A stretch of DNA of 64,000 nt from Azolla caroliniana. Lineage: Eukaryota; Plantae; Polypodiophyta. Positions 23,807 through 36,918 of this stretch are shown here, one piece after another. The stretch's first letter is position 1, and every line of letters begins with the position of its first letter. The notes beneath the pieces are model-generated. The model ran no database searches. It was not told the origin of the DNA and worked only from the letters and a program-made list of their open reading frames with translations. Made by a program: the position numbers and the translations under genes. The DNA lies in NCBI GenBank assembly GCA_043228905.1, contig JBHGNT010000008.1, positions 5,208,001 to 5,272,000 on the forward strand. The letters are read 5' to 3'.

Positions 23807-25170
23807 GTATTTTTTTATTGATTAAATGCTTTGATGATTCATTAATTCCTTGATCGATTCACCGATGCCTTGATAGTTCCTTTCCCTCTCTTTATATAGG
23901 TGTTCACATGCATATGATGTATGTGAGGGTGCAAGACATGCATGCAATGCAAGTGATGTATGATTGTCATTTGGCACACATGCGTTACATGTGATACATG
24001 GGAGCCATCCTGCTCACCTGAGTTCCCATGTATGAAAATAGACATAAGGCATAAGTATAATGATGAGAATATAATTATATAGAACAACTTTTTCAAATGA
24101 TTTATACCTTATACTTAATGTACAAGGTTATAGACATGTTCAAGTCTCACAAATGTCACTTGATATAATATTCGAGTTTGTTTTATATCATGAATCAATT
24201 GATTCACAACACCCACCCCCTTTGAACTTACACCCCAATGATGCGAGTTCACACCATTTAATCTTGGTCCTTTTCAAGAAGGTCATCATCTTCATGATCA
24301 ATGCCTTCTCTCCTCTTGAACAACTTTATTCTTTTTCCCACAATCGGCATCCGTATCTTGTTCTTGTAGATGCTCCTTGTTCATCTCATGATTCAGTCAG
24401 ATAGTAAGGAATTGTACTGACTCTTACCTTCCTAACTCTAGATCCTATCGAATGTCGCTCCACTATCAATCACCTTAGTCTCCATCCTTATTGTTGTGAT
24501 GTACAACTGCCCTAGGATTACCGGATAGAAGAACTTCCCTTGTACGAAGAAGTTGATCTACGGACACATCCCCAATAATTGTAACCTTTACATTTGGGCA
24601 TGCACCACACAAATCGTCCACGACCTCAGATGTTGTTCGAACCTTCCAATCCTGGTTCATTTCTATTGGCCACCTCCCACGATTGTAGAAATAAGATGAT
24701 ATGTTGTTGATCTAGCCCTAGTTTATGTGTGCTACACACGGTTCCATCTAATCTTCAATTATGGCTAGAGCCTTGTTTGTTGCTTGAGCCCAATGCATAT
24801 AGGTGTAATGGCTTCGTTCTTCCTTATGACTACATTGTATGTCGACACTCCGTACTCCGGCTAAAAGTGTAATCTCCTCATCCTCACCTTCCTCTTGTAT
24901 CGTGATGGTATTTACTCCGCCCATTTCTTCAACCACTTGTCTCTTCCTTCGGATCACATCAATGATCACTTCGTGGAACCCTTTCTTCGCGATTCCCAAA
25001 ACCTCTTGAAGTGTCAACTCAACTTTGCTGTCGAGAATCCTGATCTCTAGCACCTTTTTTAGATTTGTGGATGTTTCGATGTTGGCGGAGAGTTTGAATG
25101 AGGGGGTGACCTTCTACTTCCCTTTGTCTTCCTTCATTGTCTCTGTAACAAATTGTTTTGTTTCCCATCT
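23807..25170 (-). mobile_element. Ty3/gypsy-like relic: gag-protease fragment, PPT and 3' LTR (~23807-24211)
   Basis: Minus-strand fragments ILDSKVELTLQEVLGIAKK, HWAQAT and DLCGACPNVKVTI resemble gypsy gag-protease regions. PPT AGGGGGTGGG (24212-24221) precedes TGTTG on the minus strand. Part of the LTR recurs near 36919-37048. Confidence 0.65.
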
Positions 25171-25171
25171 C

Positions 25172-25412
25172 TTTTTTATGGACCCGCTTCTTCGGTTCTA
25201 AACCATGCATATGTCCAAACCATGTTATATAAGCATGTATTCGAGTATTGATGAACCATGCATGTGTCCAAACCATGTTATATATGCATGTAGCATCAAC
25301 AATGGTCTCGATCTTGATCAGAGCAAACATATGCATCGGTGACAGTGTCAAGATGACAATACTTCGATTCTTATTCGGAGTCATCACCGCCGAGGATTTG
25401 GAGCTTATTTAG
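25172..25412 (+). repeat. 241-bp direct repeat, left copy
   Basis: Matches 34180-34420 with 9 substitutions and no indels by manual alignment. Confidence 0.95.
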
Positions 25413-28283
25413 TGGGTACCTTCATCCACTCATTGTTGGCTCTATTTCGGATGTCTCTGCCAACTCTTCTCTTTGCTCGGGATTCTGCTTGTCAATCGGC
25501 ATCTCCAGGTTGGATAACTCCAACTCATATTCATCTATTGACTTCAACATCTCCGCCAACTCTGACTCATAGTCTGTTGGTCTTTCCGAGTCGACCGACT
25601 CGGATTTGGCTCTTTCGGCTAGCTGTCTCCTTACAGCTGTCGGTGACGACTCACTTGGCCTTAAGTCGATGGTAGTCGAGGTTGACTAGGGAGTCGGTTC
25701 CGACTTCTGTTGCTTCTAATCTTCAATTGTCTTGTCTTCTAGAAAGACCACATCATGAATTCTCACTACCTTCTTGTCGACTAAGTTCCACAACCTGTAG
25801 CCGAACTCATCTTCCGAGTATCCCATGAATATGCATGCTTTTGACTTGATGTCGAGCTTTGACCTCTGATCCTTTGGTACATGCATATACGCCAAACATC
25901 AAACACCCTCAGGTGTTGGTAGGAGACATCCTTCCCTGTCCACACCCTCTGTGGGACATCACCCTTTAATGGCACTGAGGGAGACCTGTTGATCAGATAA
26001 ACAATTGTGTACATTGCCTCACCTCAATAGGATTTCGGCAGTTTCGCATGAGAGAGAATGCTCCTTACCCTCTCCATGATCGTTCGATTCATCCTCTCTG
26101 CAAGCCCTTTCAACTCTGGGGTCTTTGGCACTGTGTATTCGATCCGAATACCTTGGCACTTGCAGTATTCCTCGAACTGCCCTTTATATTTGCCACCGTT
26201 GTCGGTTCGGACAACCTTTAGTTTTCGACCTGACTCTCTTTCGGTTCTTGCCTGGAACTCCTTGAAAACCGACAGTACTTGATCCTTCGACTTCAGTACG
26301 AAGGCCCATGTTTTCCGACTATAGTCGTCAATGAATGTCACAAAGTACTGTCCTCCTCGATGCGATGGGGCATCCACATAGCACACATCCGTGTGCACTA
26401 GTTCTAGTGCAACATCTCTTCTTCTCGGTGGTCTTGTGTGGAATGTCGTCTTGTTTTGCTTTCCGGCTAAGCAGTCGACACACTTCTCTAGGTGAACTCC
26501 CTTGACTTCTGGTAGAAGTTTCTGGTTGGCTAGTAGGTGCATTCCCTTCTCACTCATGTGGCCTAGCCTCTTATGCCATATTTCCCCTGCCGAGTCAGCT
26601 GCCACGTTTACTTCCGATTTGCATAGTCGGGCTTGCATCATGTACAATGTGCCTTCTTTCTGTGCTCGGGCCACTATGAGATTTCCTCGGCAAAACTTCC
26701 ACTTGCCATTCCGAAAACTACCATTGTAGCCTTCGTCATCAAACCTTCCAGTTGATATCAGATTCAATCTGATATCGGGGACGTGTCGAACATCCTTCAA
26801 CGTCAGTCAACACCTTGTCAACGTCGTTAAGCATAGACTTCCGACTCCGGTTATCTTGCACTCTCCACTATCACCCATCTTTACATAGCCATGATCCCCA
26901 ACTATGTAAGTCGAGAAATACTCTCTCGACGGAGTAATATGGAAGGATGCGCCAGAGTCGATCACCCACTTGCAATCTTCACTAGCAAGATTTGCACTCG
27001 TCTGTTCACAAATGAACCAGAGTTCTTTATTGCTCATAGCAATGGCTGAAGTGTTCTTGTCATCCGGAATCTTCCGGGGTTCGACATTGTTTCTGACATA
27101 TTTATCTTTCTTCATGTGTCGGCAGTCCTTCTGCAAGTGTCCAGGTTTTCCACAATAAAAGCACATAGGATTACTTTTGCACTTCGATCTGGTGTGGGAT
27201 TTGTCCGTTTGCTGCGGACTTCTTCTTCACCATTCCCTTCCTCTGTCCATATGTTGAGTCAGATTCGACTCCGTTTGGGATAGGACTCCTTTGTCTTTCC
27301 TCCTTGCCTCCTCGTTTAGGATGCTTGTCTTCACCGTCTGTAAAGACAAGTTCTCTTCTTGATAGGAGGTGCTGAGAGTAACCACCAGGTTCTCCCAGCT
27401 TTCCGGTAGTGTGCACCTCAACAGGATGGCCTGCATTGCATCATCCAGGGGGAACTTGGTCGCTGCAAGTTGATTCACATACCCCATGAATGTGCTGATG
27501 TGTTCGACGATGCTCTCACCGTCTCTATATTTCAACCGTACGATTTTTCTCATTAGCGAGGTTCTGTTTAGCGCATTCTTCCTGTCGTACAGACCTGATA
27601 GCTTCTGCCACATCTCGTGGGCATTTGTGTCGTTCGTCATATGCTGAAGGACACTTACATCGACACATTGTCGGATTGTGGCCACCGCCTTCCTATTCAA
27701 AAGCTTCCAGTCCGACTCCAATACCCCCCTGGGTATTTTTGCTCTATCGACTGGCTTGTACAGGTCTTTAACTATGAGAAGGTCTTCCATCTTTATCTTC
27801 TAGTTTGCATAGTTCTGTGAGTTCAGAACTATCATACTTGGGAAACCGTTAACACCTCCTTCCATGCTTGCAACTCAAGCTCTGATACCAGTTTGTTGAG
27901 AAATCGTTGCGGAATTTAAATCACAATAGACAGATAACGCTGAAATACGAATCACACACGAATACCAGAATAGACAAGATAAACAATGGTGCATAGAGAT
28001 TTACGTGGAAACCCTAAAACGGGGAAAACCACGGGTGAATATACAATACAGAGATGATTACAACACTCTATCGAGTGTATCAGCCGCACAGGGCTCTTCG
28101 CGCCTGTTGTTACACACACAGCTATGGCGCGACTCTACCTCCTCTCTCTCATGCTCCCTTGCGTTCTACAACTTCTGTTCTTACACACTACGACCTCTGC
28201 ACACATCGCATAAAGTTTGCCCTACTTGTATATATACTTACACAACTTTTTGACTATTTACATATGTAGCCCTCATGGGGCGC

Positions 28284-28426
28284 ACACTTAGACTATTTAC
28301 AAGTATAGTCACCCGAGTTGGCTATTTACATGATTCCGGTTTCGGCCGAGGCCGATACACTTAGACTATTTACAAGTATAGTCACTCGAGTTGGCTATTT
28401 ACACAATTCTGGTTTCGGCCGAGGCC
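28284..28426. repeat. 73-bp tandem duplication inside the LTR of element C
   Basis: ACACTTAGACTATTTACAAGTATAGTCAC..TTTCGGCCGAGGCC at 28284 and 28357. Confidence 0.85.
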
Positions 28427-28451
28427 TATCGACCTCGGCCGAGTCACTCAT

Positions 28452-31400
28452 TGTAAAGAATCAAGAGATGGATTCTTGTGAAGCGGAAGAGATGTGAGTT
28501 ATGTGTGTGTAAGAGAGAGAGAGAGAGAGAGAGTGAAACACAAAGAATACGCAAGATAAAAGTATATTGACAAAGGAGAAAGACTCAACAATATACAAAG
28601 GTGGGAGGAGGGTGCTTTATGTAGTCACCCTCTCTCTTCATTAACTACAAGCCTCATGGAGCATGGGGAATGTGAAAGCTCATAAGTTATGTGTCATAGA
28701 ATATGATTCTATGACTCATACTAAATGCTAGAATACAAAGTGGTGACATAATGGTGACTCTTGACCGTTGGAGTGTCTCTTCACTCTCAAGGTGAGTTCA
28801 CACACTAGACCAAGTTGAGCTTGATTCTCAACACGCCCCCTCAAGCTTAAGTCGGGTCGGTTTCAGGCGGTTTCCGAAATCCACTTCAACTCGCGTTCCA
28901 AAGTCCGCGTTGGCTCGCTTTATGCGGAGTTGCAAAATCCGTGCTCCAGCTTGCGTTGTGCGAAGTCTGTGCTTTGGCTTGCGTCTTTCTTCGCGACTTT
29001 GCGTGGTAGATCGACTCTTCGCTGCTTCGTTGCGTGGTTGCGGAATCCACGCGTTATTGCATAGTGTTTTCAGTACTCCCCCTCAAGCTTGGCAGGTCAG
29101 GGATCGTCAATCCGAGATCGGTCATGAATTGCCACAGCTTGTCGGCTCCTAAGGCTTTAGTGAAGATGTCGGCCGTTTGAAGATTGGTGCTAATGTGTTG
29201 TAGGTTGACATCGCCAGCTAGAACGCGCTCTCGGATGAAGTGATAGTGCACTTCGATGTGCTTTGTCCACGCGTGGAACACCGGGTTCCGAGCCAGATAG
29301 ATACTGCTCATGTTGTTGCAGTAGAGGGAAGTCAGATCCTTGATGGGTACGCCCAGATCCTTCAAAATCCTCTTGAGCCATACGGCTTCACACGCAGCTA
29401 CGGCTGCGCCCTTGTATTCCGCCTTCGTACTCGAAAGAGCGACGATAGGCTGCTTCTTGCTACTCCAGGATATTGCTCCGTTGCCGAGGGAGAAAACAAA
29501 TCCGGAGGTTGATCTTCTATCAGCTTTGTAGCCGGCCCAATCGGCGTTTGTGTAACCCTCGAGTCATATTGGCATCACGGTCTTGTAGAGGATGCCGCAA
29601 TCCATTGTGCCGCTAACATAGCGTAGAACTCGCTTAGCGCAATCCAAGTGAGTATCACGTGGTGTTTGCATGAATTGGCTAAGGAGACCGACCGGACAAC
29701 TGAGATCGGGTCGTGTGATCGTGAGGTAGATGAGACTCCCGATGAGTTGCCGATACTGAGTCGGCTCACACGCTTTGGTGCTGGAGTTCACATCTAGTTT
29801 GAGATTACGATCGAGCGGGGTTGCCACGGATTTGCACTCAGCCATCCCGAACTTGTATAACAAGTTGAGGATGTAGTGCCATTGAGAGATCATGATTCCG
29901 ACCGGAGTCCGAATTACCTCGATGCCGAGGAAGTAGTGGAGCTCCTTCATGTCCGTCATCTCGAACTTGTCGGAAAGGAGAGATTTGACTTTATTGATTT
30001 CGACGAGATGCTCACCTCCAATGACTAGGTCATCCAAATATAAAATGATGACGATCGGACTTGCGGAATTGCTTCGTATGTAGAGGGAGTTGTCCGATTT
30101 TGACATACGGAAGCCGATTTGATGAAGATATTGCGTTATCTTCGAATGCCAAGCACGCGGTGCTTGCTTGAGGCCGTAGAGTGGCTTCTTGAGTCGGCAT
30201 ACGGCTTTTGGATGAGTGCTCGAGTTGAAGCCGGGTGGTTGGATCATGTACACCTCCTCTTCTAATTCGCCTTGTAGAAAGGCGTTCTTGACGTCCATTT
30301 GATGGAGGTGCCACCCTTTCGCCGCGGCAATTGCAATTACGGTCCGCACCTTCGTCATCTTTGCCACTGGGGCAAAGGTCTCTTCGTAGTCGACGCCATG
30401 TGTCTGAGCATATCCTCTCGCTACGAGTCGAGCTTTGTAGCGGTTTACGGAGCCATCAACGTTATACTTCACCTTGTAGATCCATCTGCATCCAATCGCC
30501 TTTATGTGTCGTGAGGTGGGAACGAGATCCCACGTCTCGTTCTTCCATAGTGCCTACATCTCCTCGTTCATTGCTTCGATCCATCGCGGGTTCTTCGCGG
30601 CTTCCGAAAAGGTTTCCGGCTCTCGTATTGTCACTACCTTCATCATAAAGACGTAATGGTACGCCATATAATCGTTGTAGCCGAATCGGCTTACGGGGTT
30701 CATTTCACAAGTGGATCAACGGAGCTTTTCATTTGCAGAGATGAGGGCTTTCTTGGCTCCGATTGGTACCTCGAAACTGCTGAACTCACTGTCGAGTGAG
30801 TGAGTCGATTCATCATCGTCGAAGCGATCGTCTTCATATTCCGCCATTTTTGCCTTGTCTTTGTCCATCTTCGGGCTAGGCCATGATGTGCTTTGATCGC
30901 TCAAAGGCTCTTGTGGTCCGCTCAGTCGGGTCGTGATCGGACTTTCTTCGATCATGCGCGTAGGGCGATCTTCATCCTCGATCTCTTGTTCGGCAGATTC
31001 CGGGTCGAGCGGAGTCGGAGGCGAAGTTGTCTCTGGTGCGTACCAGGATGCGGACTCGTAAAAAACGACGTCTCGACTTACTCGAGATTTTCGAGTTGAG
31101 GGGTTGCAGCACTTGTACCCCTTTTGTTCGAGTGAGTATCCTACGAGGATACATTTCTCCGACTTCGGGTCAAGCTTTTGATGCTTCTCGTCGGGGATGT
31201 GCACGTACGCTATCGCACCGAATATCCGGATGTGCGATAAGTCCAGCTTCTTTCCGAAGTATTTTTCGTGCGGAGTGACCTCGTGCACGCCGGATGTTGT
31301 GCACCGATTCATTAGGTAGATGGTCGTATTTGCAGCTTCGGCCCAATATGACTTGGGCATATGCTTCTCGTTCATCATGGCCCGCGCTACTTCGAGGATG

Positions 31401-33953
31401 TGCTGATTTTTGAACTCGGCTTCTCTGTTTTGTTGCGGAGTGTGTCGGCAAGTGAATTCTCGCCGAATTCCTTCCTTTCGGAGATACACCATGAAATCGT
31501 CCGAGAAGTACTCCTTGCCGCCATCCGATCGAAGGCATCGTACATGTCGGCCCGTGGCTTTCTCGACTTCATTCTTGAAATTTTGGAAGTGTTCGAACAC
31601 TTCGCTCTTTTGCCGCATCAGGTAGATCTAAGTGTGCCTAGAGAAGTCGTCGATGAAGAGCACATAATATCGGCATCCGCCGAATGTAACTATTTGCGCC
31701 GGTCCCCATACGTCGGAATGGACTACGTCGACTAGACCTTTGCTCACGTTCCGCTCTTTCGGGAATGGGTGTCGGTGTTGCTTGCCGAATTGGCACACTT
31801 CGCATACACCTTCAATCTCCTTCTCTTTGAATGTCGGGAGTCTGATGACGACTCCTTTCGATTTCATTGCTTTGAGTTTGTTGAGATTGATGTGGCCGAT
31901 TCACTTGTGCCATAGCTCTATGTCGGAGTCGTCTTTCGTGTTTTTCGCGAACATGGTGGATTTCATCTCGCGTGAATTGAGAATGAACATCTGGCCCTCT
32001 CTTCGTCCACGTGCGATGAGTCGGCCCTCTTTTTCGATGAAGCAACCGCCTTGATTAAATCGAACTTGCATCCCTTGCTCTACAATTTGGCTGACGGAGA
32101 CCAAATTCTTCGTAATGGTCGGTACATGCAAGACATTTTTAATGTAATTTTGCTTACCTTCTTTTCCGAACGGAACATTGCCAATGTGCCGAATCGGGTG
32201 CGTAGTGTCGTCTTCGGTTTCGACATAGCCGGGTCGGTTCGGCTCTTGAAATTCTAGGAACCATTCTTGATGCGATGTCATATGGTTCGAGGCACTGGAA
32301 TCAACGAACCATACGTTCTCTGGACTAGAGGCACTAGTTGAGGTAGCGGCCGACATAGAGTTTTCTCTATGTTTCATCATGAACATTCCGCCACGGTCGG
32401 AGTTGTGCGCATACATTCCGCCACGATCTTCGTAGTCGGAGTTGTGCCCGTACATTTCGCCACGGTCGGAGTTGTGTGCATACATTCCGCCACGATCTTC
32501 GTAGTCGGAGTTGTGTGCGTAATTCGTGAGTTGTTGGCTTGTGGAAGTCGATTCACGCATCTTCTTTCAGCACTCTTCTTCGTGGTGGCCGAGCTTTCCG
32601 CAATATCAGCATTCGGTTGCGTTTTGAAGGCTTGGGCTGGAGTGGAAGCTCCCCCTTCTTGCGAAGGTTCCTCGTTGGCCTCCGTTTTGCGGCCGAAATT
32701 GGGAGTTGTTGTCGTAGGTCGGACCTCGTCCGCCTTGTCCTTGGCCGAATCGACCTCTCGCTTGTCCGCGTCCTCTTCCTCCATTAGAGTGCGTGTAGAG
32801 CTTGTGGCCTTCCGACTCATTGCTCCTTGTACGCACATGGTTTTCTTTGACCAATAGCATTGATTGGAGCTCGAAGAAGGAGGGAGATTTCTCCCGTGCT
32901 AGAACGGCGGTTCGCATCACGCCGAACCGTGGTGCGAGGCCGCCGAGGCATATTTGCACCATCTCATCATCATCTATACTTATGCTTATTGAGCTGAGCG
33001 AGTCACAAAGCTCCTTGATCTTCAAGGTGTATGTTGTGATGGACATGTCCCTTTGTTGAATGTTGTTCAACTCTTGGCGGAGTTGAAGCTTCCTCGCGGT
33101 CGTGTTGGCGGCGAAAATCTTTCGTAGATTTTCCCACGCTTCCTTCGGCATCTTGGCTTCTCGAATGTAATCGAGCATGTGGTCGTGAACACATGTCACC
33201 AAACAATACATCACGCGGTTTGTGGCTTGCTCCCATGTCGCGTATCCGGGAGCTGCTTCGGCGGGTCGGTCTTCATGCGCTCCTTTGATGTAGCTCCAAT
33301 AGCCTTGTCCAACAAGGTATTGGTGCATCTTGTACTCCCAAGATGCAAAGTTGTTTCGATCCAACTTCTCGGTAGGGAGAGCGCTCCCCATTTGAGTATT
33401 CATTATGTCGATTCTTCTTCTTCTTCTTCTCTCTTCGAATGCGAGCTATGTAGCGAAGCTACGATAGCTATGAGCCGGTTCTTGGTCGTCGGCGTAGAGC
33501 ACAACACACGATCACAATGAGGCGAATGGGCTAGATCGAGCTACCAAATCGCTCTGATACCATGTAAAGAATCAAGAGATGGATTCTTGTGAAACGGAAG
33601 AGATGTGAGTTATGTGTGTGTGTAAGAGAGAGAGAGAGAGAGAGTGAGTGAGAGTGAAACACAAAGAATACGCAATGTAAAAGTATATTGACAAAGGAGA
33701 ACGACTCAACAATATACAAGGTGGGAGGAGGGTGCTTTATGTAGTCACCCTCTCTCTTCATTAACTACAAGCCTCATGGAGCATGGGGAATGTGAAAGCT
33801 CATAAGTTATGTGTCATAGAATATGATTCTATGACTCATACTAAATGCTAGAATACAAAGTGGTGACATAATGGTGACTCTTGACCGTTGGAGTGTCTCT
33901 TCACTCTCAAGGTGAGTTCACACACTAGACCAAGTTGAGCTTGATTCTCAACA
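28452..33953 (-). mobile_element. Full-length Ty1/copia element B nested in the LTR of element C
   Basis: LTRs 28452-28833 (382 bp) and 33563-33953 (391 bp). TSD CTCAT (28447-28451 / 33954-33958). PBS TGGTATCAGAGC at 33562-33551. PPT GAGGGGGCG at 28842-28834. gag-pol (33403 to ~29054) has several stops; gag is related to element A (LPTEKLDR.N..SW.YKMHQYL). Confidence 0.98.
32383..32520 (-). repeat. In-frame 2 x 69-bp (39+30) repeat between gag and protease of element B
   Basis: Encodes YAHNSDYEDRGGMYAHNSDRGEMYGHNSDYEDRGGMYAHNSDRGGM. Confidence 0.9.
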
Positions 33954-34179
33954 CTCATAAACTCGGCTCCTCTCTCTTTCCCATATGGAGGGACTTGTTT
34001 CCACACATCATCATCATCATTATTACTATAATAATAATAGTTGAATCTTCAAACAATCGACTCACTGTTTTTGACTCTTCGACTGTTGGCTTTCCGAACA
34101 GTCGGATCTTCCCTGTCATCGACTGTCGGCTTTCCGATTAGGCAGTTCTTCCTCCCATTGGAGGGACATATTCCCAACA

Positions 34180-34420
34180 TTTTTTATGGACCTGCTTCTT
34201 CGGTTCTAAACCATGCATGTGTCCAAACCATGCTATATAAGCATGTATTCGAGTATTGATGAATCATGCATGTGTCCAGACCATGTTATATAAGAATGTA
34301 GCATCAACAATGGTCTCGATCTTGATCAAAGCAAACATATGCATCGGTGACAGTGTCAAGATGACAATACTTCGATTCTTACTCGGAGTCATCACCGCCG
34401 AGGATTTGGAGCTTATTTAG
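34180..34420 (+). repeat. 241-bp direct repeat, right copy
   Basis: Matches 25172-25412; begins immediately after the LTR terminus of element C. Confidence 0.95.
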
Positions 34421-36113
34421 CTAGATGTGAAGGCGACCTTTTTGCACAGTGACTTAGACAAAAATCTATATGGAGCAACCGAAAGGCTTTGTGTCACCAG
34501 ATCAGAAACATCTAGTCTACCGACTCAAGATGAGTCTATACGGCCTCAACCAAGCATCACGACAGTGTTATAAAAAATTCAACGACTTCATATAGTCAAT
34601 TGGATTTTCTAGTAGCGATGAGGACCACTGCCTCTATTCGAGGAATGCACAAGATGGGTCACCCATCTTCCTCATCCTATACATAGATGATATGCTACTC
34701 TTCGGTCGACATGTCAAAGAGCTTGCTGAACTTGTTTGGCAATTGTGGTTGAAATTCTCCATGAAGGACTTGGGTCCTATGCGTCACACTCTCGGGATGA
34801 AAATCACTCGGCATTGTGCAAAGAAACAATTATTTCTATCTTAGGCTAATTACATCCGACGAATCTTGGAGCAATTCAACATGCAATTGTCTTGATCTGC
34901 TTCGATCCCGCTACACGCCAACCTTTGACTATCTCTGAGAGATTCCCCGACATTTGATCTAGACGAAGATAATATGAAGTTGGAACTGTATGCACCAATT
35001 GTTGGCTCGTTAATGTATGCTATGGTTGTGACACAACCAAACATAGCACACATGGTAGGAGACATGAGCAAATTTATGCACAACCCTGGCCGATCACACT
35101 AGACTACGGTGAAGCATATCATATGATATTTAGTGGGCTTACAGGATTGTGGCATCCTTAAATTCGAACTGCACAAAACTTCACGCTTAGTCAGTTATAC
35201 TGACTTGAACTTTGTCGACTGTTTGGATAGCTGACATCCAAATATTTCTTCCGATTCGGGCATGGAGCTATCTCATGGAGTTCGAAACTCTAGGAGTGCA
35301 TGGCTACATCGATGATTGAACCTGAATATGTCGTTGCGTTCGATGTGGCTAAAGAAGCACTATGTCCTAGACAACTTGCTTGCACGTTTCGACAAGCCAA
35401 CCCGAATTCGGCTCCAATTGTCTTCAGTGACTGTCAAGGAGCATTAGCTTTGGCGAAGAATCTGGTACACCACAACACCTTGAAGCATATCGAAGTTCGA
35501 TATCATTTTATTAGGAATTGAATAATCAAGGGTAAGCTCGACCTAGAGAAGATCTCCATTGACGACAATGTTGTGGACGGGATGACCAAATGTCTTTCAA
35601 CATATCAGTTTCAGCCGATTCAGTGGCTAATGGGCGTAGCTTTCGACCCAATCGATTTGGGCACAACGATGACTTCGGCCTAGTCGAATCGAGCACAAAG
35701 ATGACTTTAGCTCAACCAATTTGGCAACTAACTTCGGCTTAGTCGATTTGGCAAGGGACTTTCGGCTGGCAACAATTTATCATCTCTTTGTTGTATTTGT
35801 AATTTTAGTTCATTCCTTTATAGATTTGTTTTGTAATACACCCATTACAGGGGGGTGTCGAATATGGTAATATAATGGACGTATTCACATTACCCCATTG
35901 GACAAACTATAATAGGTTATTTGTGTAAATAGCATAAAGGGCAGTTGCCCTAGCTCGGTTAGTATATAATTTATTTGTAACCTAGCTTGTAAGGTAAGGT
36001 CGTTGTTGCCATTTTTTAATAATACAATATTGTATTTTGACGCCTCTATGTTTTCCCCTCTCTCTTTGTCTCTCTCAAGCTTTCCATTGATATATGTCTA
36101 TTTTGTTTCAACA
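34355..36113 (+). mobile_element. Degenerate copia RT-RNase H fragment with PPT and 3' LTR (~35856-36113)
   Basis: VKMTILRFLL..LDVKATFLH, YIDDML, MKDLG, KHIEVRYHFIR. PPT AGGGGGG followed by TGTCG...TTTCAACA. Confidence 0.85.
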
Positions 36114-36918
36114 TGTACACAATGTGTACCATTGTTCTAGACAAGATTATCAAATTGTTCAGGATCTTAGGACGACCACCTCCAACAATAGAGATAGTGT
36201 ATGATTCAAGAAGTAAGAGTATATGATAAGAACAAGATTTCTTATATTAAGAATACACGATTTTACCAAAGTTACAATGCTCGATTGCAAAGACGATACT
36301 TTATCTCTACCAAACTTTGATTCATACCCTTGACTTTAATTTTGAAAGACGAGAGTCTTTGCTGATGAACTATCTTGATTTATTTCTGTTACCATACGAG
36401 ATGTATATAGAGTTGAGTGTGACAAGCTAGGGTGAAGAGACTTAATGTTGTTGTATGTATGTGTAATGTATATGATTATGAGTGTGAATATAAGTGTGGG
36501 TGTGAGTGGATAGATAAGAAGCGGTGGGAGTGAGTGATAAGTGTGAACGGCCAATGGGGCTTGCACCCCTATATATCTACCCCTCTTGTAACTATTTAAC
36601 CCCCTTATGGGGAATGAATAAAACATGAATAAGTTCTCTCTTTGACACCTTTTCTCTTCTCTCTCCCTCTCTCACGTTGAACCCCCTTGGGAGGGGGGTG
36701 GAGCCATTCTAGGCACCACCCCCCACCCCCCACCCCCCATTGCTTATCAATCATGCTATCAACCCTACAATGATCAACATCTCTATCGTTATCAATCCCA
36801 CTCATCATCTTCATCATCATCACAATCACCATTTTCATCTTCATTATCATCATCATCAATAACCTTATTCCTAACTTTATCACCATTATCATTAACCCTA
36901 ACCCTAAACCTATAACAA

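Larger units (their letters stand above)
25413..34179 (-). mobile_element. 3'-truncated Ty1/copia element C (5' LTR-PBS-gag-PR-INT; no RT, RH or 3' LTR); its LTR is interrupted by element B
   Basis: PBS TGGTATCAGAGC at 27890-27879. gag ATG at 27865, CFYCGKPGHLQKDC, WVIDSGASFH, WHKRLGH, integrase VHTDVC..FIDDYSR..RTDNGG. LTR 27894-34179 (about 780 bp once B is removed) ends exactly at CAACA on the + strand. Confidence 0.9.

Noticed and set aside
25413-36113. Element C (gag-INT, -) and the RT-RH-LTR fragment (+) as two halves of one inverted element
   Set aside because: Their LTRs differ in length and sequence, and the RT fragment is much more decayed and is itself part of the duplicated target.
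36893-36911. TAACCCTAACCCTAAACCT telomere-like tract
   Set aside because: Short, imperfect, next to low-complexity (ATC)n sequence, with no TSD or clear junction to interpret.
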